In this document: in pieces, positions 36,069 to 41,031 of the stretch
Layout of the letters: the number at the start of each line of letters is the position of its first letter
Numbering within the stretch: the first letter of the stretch is position 1
Origin: Octopus bimaculoides
Taxonomy: Eukaryota
Assembly: GCF_001194135.2 (NCBI RefSeq)
Contig: NC_069002.1
Location: 19,758,090 to 19,799,120 of the forward strand
Length of the DNA stretch: 41,031 nt
Reading direction: 5' to 3'
The notes under the pieces: model-generated
Databases searched by the model: none
Seen by the model: the letters and a program-made list of their open reading frames with translations, nothing else
What the model was told of the DNA's origin: nothing
Program-made: the position numbers and the translations under genes

Positions 36069-36999
36069 NNNNNNNNNNNNNNNNNNNNNNNNNNNNNNNN
36101 NNNNNNNNNNNNNNNNNNNNNNNNNNNNNNNNNNNNNNNNNNNNNNNNNNNNNNNNNNNNNNNNNNNNATTAGGATCTACCTGCAAATATTTACTTCTTT
36201 GTCACTAATACTTGGTATGACTGCGCTTTGTTTAGAAAATTACATATTGAATATTATAATTATATAATCCTATCAATATATAGGAACTCGTCATCTTTCG
36301 CTACTGAAATTTGCTGTTAACCAATTAACAACCACAATAATTCTAATACAAAGTTGTTTTATTGAACTTTTATGTGCAAAGTGTACATTGTTAATATTAT
36401 TTAGTTAGCAAATCTAACGTGAATATTTCTATAATAAACAGGTTTTTATGTAGACTTTTATTAGCATTTCCTTTTCAAAACTGTACTTAACTGAACAAAG
36501 TCAGTAATTGTATTATAAAATATCTCTGTATCTTTGCGTTATATATATCGATAAAAGATTATATTGTCTCTATTATAAATCACTTTGTACTCTTCCTCGT
36601 TTTCTCTGTCTTTGACTCTCACTCAATTGTTTGCAATTCCTTTTCATCTCATTCTTTATCTGCTGTTTACTATTTCAACTCGATTATTGATTAAAAGACT
36701 TGATTAACTGAGGAAGTTAGTTCTAGCAGTGGATTTTCTCTGTTCTTCTACATGGGAATCGATATCAATATTTTATTTAATTACTATTTTAATTAATGGT
36801 GTGAAATGAGAAAATGACATAATCTTTATGCATTTATATGACAAATTTTAGTTTTGTTCAATTCTTTATTTCATTCATTATTCGGGAACAGATATGGTGA
36901 AAGAATTTAACCCTTCGTTAGTCACCTGACCTTTCCGAACATAGTTCGTCACATGGGGTGTTTACACTCGCCAATATAAAGATATTTATAGTTTTAGTA

Positions 37000-37680
37000 T
37001 TATGTAAAATATCCTCATTCTGTGGGTTGAGGGTATATCTGCAATTACTGCTGAGGAGGTTGATACCCTTGCAGCTGATTGATATTAATATAAAACAACA
37101 CAATGATATAAATCATGAAATTAAGGAAAAACTAAAAGATCTCGGATTCTGATCACATTCATTTTGAAAGTACCCGCAGAATACACCATTTCGTGGAATT
37201 TTGAAATATCTATGATGAATATTAACATTAACAAAACATAACAGGCAATCTCCGTTACACTATGCATTAAATCAAAACTTGAACTAAAGATATAATTATG
37301 AATTGAAATGAAACTGACGATGAATTTGTTACATAATCCGATGGTGTTTATTGTAGGCGAAACACATCGAGTCAATAAGAGAGATACTTTTTCTTCTCAA
37401 AACTAGACACGGAAGGTTTCCATAAGTTGAAATTGCAAGAAAAATGAATGTGAGCTCATTGTACAGCCATTACAGTCCATTCCGATTCACTATCTGCTGT
37501 TGCCCTCTGGCAATTTGACCTGGCACAAAATGCACATCTCTTTGCCTAGCTTTGTAGCAGCTGTGAGGATGTTGAAACTGTAGTTTCGGGCAAGTCTTAC
37601 GATACCTGCACTGAGACTTGTTTAGCTGGCAAATGCCTTGAAGTCTCCTCTTCAAAATTTCTTCTACAATCACTAGACAT
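37000..37680 (-). mobile_element. Possible decayed LINE (RTE-like) RT remnant
   Basis: EEILKRRLQGICQLNKSQCRYRK (cf. ILExRL...QCGFR), followed downstream by GDCLLCFVN (cf. QGDxLSPxLFN). Confidence 0.3.
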
Positions 37681-37912
37681 ACTTTCTTGATGAATATACA
37701 ATGATTCAGTTTATTTTATGGGTTGTAAGCATATAGTATATGCAAATGTACTCAGGAAGTGTTAAGGCGAGCAAAGAACACAGTAATAGACCAACGCCGG
37801 CTGTTTCTGGAAACGCTGTACTGATCAAACATCATGTCGACCACATGTACTGCTCCTTTGGTTGAATTATAAAGTGATGATCTCAGGCTTCATGTCATCA
37901 CAAGTAACTTGT

Positions 37913-37957
<45 letters not shown>

Positions 37958-37973
37958 CATATATATACATATA

Positions 37974-38864
37974 CAGGGTACGGGGAATATATTTTCGTCT
38001 AAATTGCGCAAAAATGAAAATAACACTGATATCTCAGTTTAACAGATATATTAACCAAAATTATATTAAATTATCTTGAAATATTAAAGAGAAAAATGTA
38101 TTCCATAAAATCGCCATTGACTTCAACCACGACCTCCAGGCGATTTCGGAGTCTCCTGCAACTCATCTGGACGGTCTCTTTCTTCAAGTTGGTGAATGCT
38201 GCCATAATCCTTGACCTCAGTTCATCTTTAGTTTTATATGGAGTTTTTTGTCTCTCGTTGAACTGGGCCTCACACATAATAATGAAGAGGATTGCAGTCT
38301 TAGAACTTAGGTAGCCAGATGTCAGGGGTTAGTGGTCGCAGAAATTGTCTGATAGCCATGACTGGGTTCTCCTGCTTCTGTGGCATTGTGCAGAGTTCTG
38401 TTGCCAGACATAGTGTCTTCCAGCAGCCACCCTTTTGACCCAGGTCAGCACTACCACTTCCAAGCACTTGATGTAGGCCTCCTTATTGAGGCTGAGGCTG
38501 TGTGGGAGAATGAATGGACACATAACTTCGCCATCGCTAGTGGTCACCCCAAACACCGTGATGTTAACTGGATGTTCGATTTTTATCACTCTCGGTACAT
38601 GTTTTCTCCTTGCGCTGTACTCAGATTGAAACCCAAACGCTCTGAAATGCTCGTATTGAAGCTTCTGGTGCGAATGCCAAGCAGTACAGCATGTCTTTGT
38701 CAAATTTCTGGCAGAGTGAAATGCGTCAGAGTACTATTTTTTTCTCACAGATGGTGCCCAACTGAATTTACTATACTATGTAGTTGATAAAATCAAAAAC
38801 AAATAATGTGCTTGCACGAAATAAAAAAAATATAAAAAGGTAACAATTAACCCATCACATCCTG
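37974..38864 (-). mobile_element. Internally deleted DD37D (maT) transposon, copy 2
   Basis: Both ends begin TA|CAGG with imperfect 26-bp TIRs. ORF 38329-38703: HPVNITVFGVTTSDGEVMCPFILPHSL...AYIKCLEVVVLTWVKRVAAGRHYVWQQNSAQCHRSRRTQSWLSDNFCDH, then DCNPLHYYV and TKDELRSRIMAAFTNL. Confidence 0.9.
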
Positions 38865-39347
38865 TAAATATATATGTGTGTTTGTACACATAGATATCGT
38901 TATATATCTTGTCTTTTATCTGTGTGTGTGTGTATATATATATACACACACGTGCATACATACATACTTACATACCTACATACATACATACATACAAGCA
39001 GAAATGTCTACTCCATCTGAAAACTCGTATATCACATCTTTACCTTGCAACCGTAGCAATGAGGCAGCAGTTTCTTTTCTATTAAAATCAATTAAAGAGT
39101 TAATAATATATTTATTTAAAAAACCAATTAGCGTTTCTTAATTGATTTGCCTTTCAGCTTTCTATTATTTTAATGATATAGCTTATCAGCAACGTAACAC
39201 ATATTCATCGATAGCGTGCATTCAATCCATATTCCGTGTTAGTTTCTCGAAACAGAATGTAAATGATTGCATGTTTTATTATTAGTGAGGTGTAAATTCT
39301 ACATTTCCCACTTTTTAATTGGTGTCTTAGTTCTTTATGTTTTGCAG

Positions 39348-39375
39348 GAAGCAGAAACTATCAATGCATGGCCAA
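39348..39375 (+). other. Candidate 28-nt microexon of an unidentified host gene
   Basis: Polypyrimidine tract and acceptor TTCTTTATGTTTTGCAG, then GAAGCAGAAACTATCAATGCATGGCCAA, then donor-like GTGCGT. No homology recognised. Confidence 0.18.
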
Positions 39376-39761
39376 GTGCGTGTGAGAGTGTATATGTGCA
39401 CGTTTTGTTGATTCTGTTGTATTAATGTTTCTTTTTAAACTTACGTCACTGGACGCGATGTTGTTGTTATTGTTGACATTGAAGTAGCTATTGCTATTGA
39501 TATTACTTCTCTACGCTGCGAATTCATTTCCGGCAGACGCTTTTCTGTTTGTGTGTAACGCTCATTCTTGTAAAGCATTTTGCAGCACCTGCCTTGATGT
39601 ATTCTTCATTAAATTGAGTTACTTTTCTTGATTTGTGTGCGTGTGCATATATATGCATATAGGGATATGGACATATACATGATCACAAACACACGTTCTC
39701 ACATGTATATGTATGTATGTATGTATGTATATATGTATGTATACATCTATCTATCTATCTA

Positions 39762-39819
<58 letters not shown>

Positions 39820-40200
39820 NNNNNNNNNNNNNNNNNNNNNNNNNNNNNNNNNNNNNNNNNNNNNNNNNNNNNNNNNNNNNNNNNNNNNNNNNNNNNNNNN
39901 NNNNNNNNNNNNNNNNNNNNNNNNNNNNNNNNNNNNNNNNNNNNNNNNNNNNNNNNNNNNNNNNNNNNNNNNNNNNNNNNNNNNNNNNNNNNNNNNNNNN
40001 NNNNNNNNNNNNNNNNNNNNNNNNNNNNNNNNNNNNNNNNNNNNNNNNNNNNNNNNNNNNNNNNNNNNNNNNNNNNNNNNNNNNNNNNNNNNNNNNNNNN
40101 NNNNNNNNNNNNNNNNNNNNNNNNNNNNNNNNNNNNNNNNNNNNNNNNNNNNNNNNNNNNNNNNNNNNNNNNNNNNNNNNNNNNNNNNNNNNNNNNNNNN

Positions 40201-40396
40201 CCCCCCCCAAACATCGCTTGAAAACCGATGCTGGTGTGTTTACGTCCCTGGAATCTAGCGGTTCCGCAAAAGAGACCCATAGAATAAGTACTAGGCTTAC
40301 AAATAATAAGTCCTGGGGTCGATTTGCTAGAGTAAAGGCGGTGCTCCAGCATGGCTGCAGTCAAATGACTGAAAGAAGTAAAAGAGTAAAAAAGTA
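40201..40396 (+). mobile_element. SINE 3' half (octopus-type); 5' part lost in the gap
   Basis: Shares AATAAGTACT and CTGGG(G/A)TCGAT with the 31772 SINE. Ends GCAGTCAAATGACTGAAAGAAG followed by (TAAAAG)-type tail repeats; a similar ATGACTGAAACAAGTAAAA tail occurs at about 15262. Confidence 0.7.
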
Positions 40397-41031
40397 AAAC
40401 ATATATATATATATATATATATAGCTGTTAAAGAGGACAACAAACATAAGGCAAGACAAACATCTCAAGTCATGTACAATATCATTATTGAAATATTTCA
40501 AAATCATACAGCTATTTCTGGGATATCACAACATATAAGATATTCCGTAATCGGGTCCAAATAGGGGAAATGAGGAGGGTATATATATATTGATGAAACG
40601 ACGACATAGAGGAAAGGAGAAAATGAATAAGGAGATGGAGAAAAACAAGAAAGAGAAAAAGAAAGAAGCATAAAATTTCGCAATTCAACTTTCGGAACGT
40701 GTAGATGTGTTAATCCACGTAAGCTAAAGTCGTAATAGTGTAAATATCTAGAAATAAGCACGAACGTATCGACGTTCAGTGAGAGAATTGTAGCAGAAGT
40801 GGCTATTAAGGAGTAAAGAGAAAGAAAAATAAATAAATAGAAAGAGAGGTAGAGAGAGTGAGGGAGGAAAGTAAGAATTGGCATTAAGGATAAAATAAGG
40901 TATATAAGAATATAGTGTACAAAAATGAAAAAAAAGAAAGATAAATAAATAAATATATCAACGTTTGAAAGTGTTTCGCTACCAAAAACACTACAAAAAA
41001 AAAATGTTGCCCGTCAAACCCCAAAGATCCC

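Larger units (their letters stand above)
1044..40200. other. Assembly gaps (N runs) at 1044-1461, 7586-7645, 12507-12516, 14931-15198, 19200-19209, 22198-22262, 23387-23599, 33228-33768, 36069-36168, 39820-40200
   Basis: N runs read directly. Most abut microsatellites, as is typical of short-read assemblies. Confidence 0.99.

Noticed and set aside
36907-36935. TTAACCCTT, resembling a piggyBac terminus
   Set aside because: No matching inverted end or transposase nearby.
39179-39189. TAGCTTATCAG, identical to the first 11 nt of vertebrate miR-21
   Set aside because: The match ends at 11 nt, no precursor hairpin is evident, and the taxon is wrong; chance.
168-40397. Many predicted ORFs rich in HT, YI, CV, RE, LS or X (e.g. 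26303-26968, 32965-33939, 39717-40397)
   Set aside because: They are translations of microsatellites or read-through of N-gaps, with no protein-family signal.

Overview
AT-rich eukaryotic genomic DNA from a gapped draft assembly (10 N-gaps, most flanked by microsatellites). It is very dense in simple repeats and decayed transposable elements. The SINE families and microsatellite load suggest an octopod cephalopod; this is an inference from remembered consensus sequences, with no search run. I found no convincing host protein-coding gene, rRNA, tRNA or CRISPR array, and most predicted ORFs are microsatellite or gap artefacts. Supported elements: an RTE LINE 3' half with a C-terminal C2H2-like finger (3990-5600, -); a full-length decayed mariner with TIRs (6351-7576, -); two internally deleted DD37D/maT-type transposons (9348-10180 +, 37974-38864 -); a Penelope-like retroelement RT-thumb/GIY-YIG remnant (12565-13830, +); three co-oriented R4/Dong-clade retrotransposons next to (TAA)n tracts, one near full length (17125-20681, +); a piggyBac with a frameshifted transposase (23780-25921, -); a hAT/Charlie MITE with TSD (28547-28895); and tRNA-derived SINEs. 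The most interesting object is at 7648-7981. It is a roughly 335-bp foldback with 85-bp inverted arms and a minimal type I hammerhead-ribozyme fold at its apex. The catalytic core is mutated (CUAAUCA for CUGAUGA), and a Penelope-type GIY-YIG fragment lies next to it on the opposite strand.
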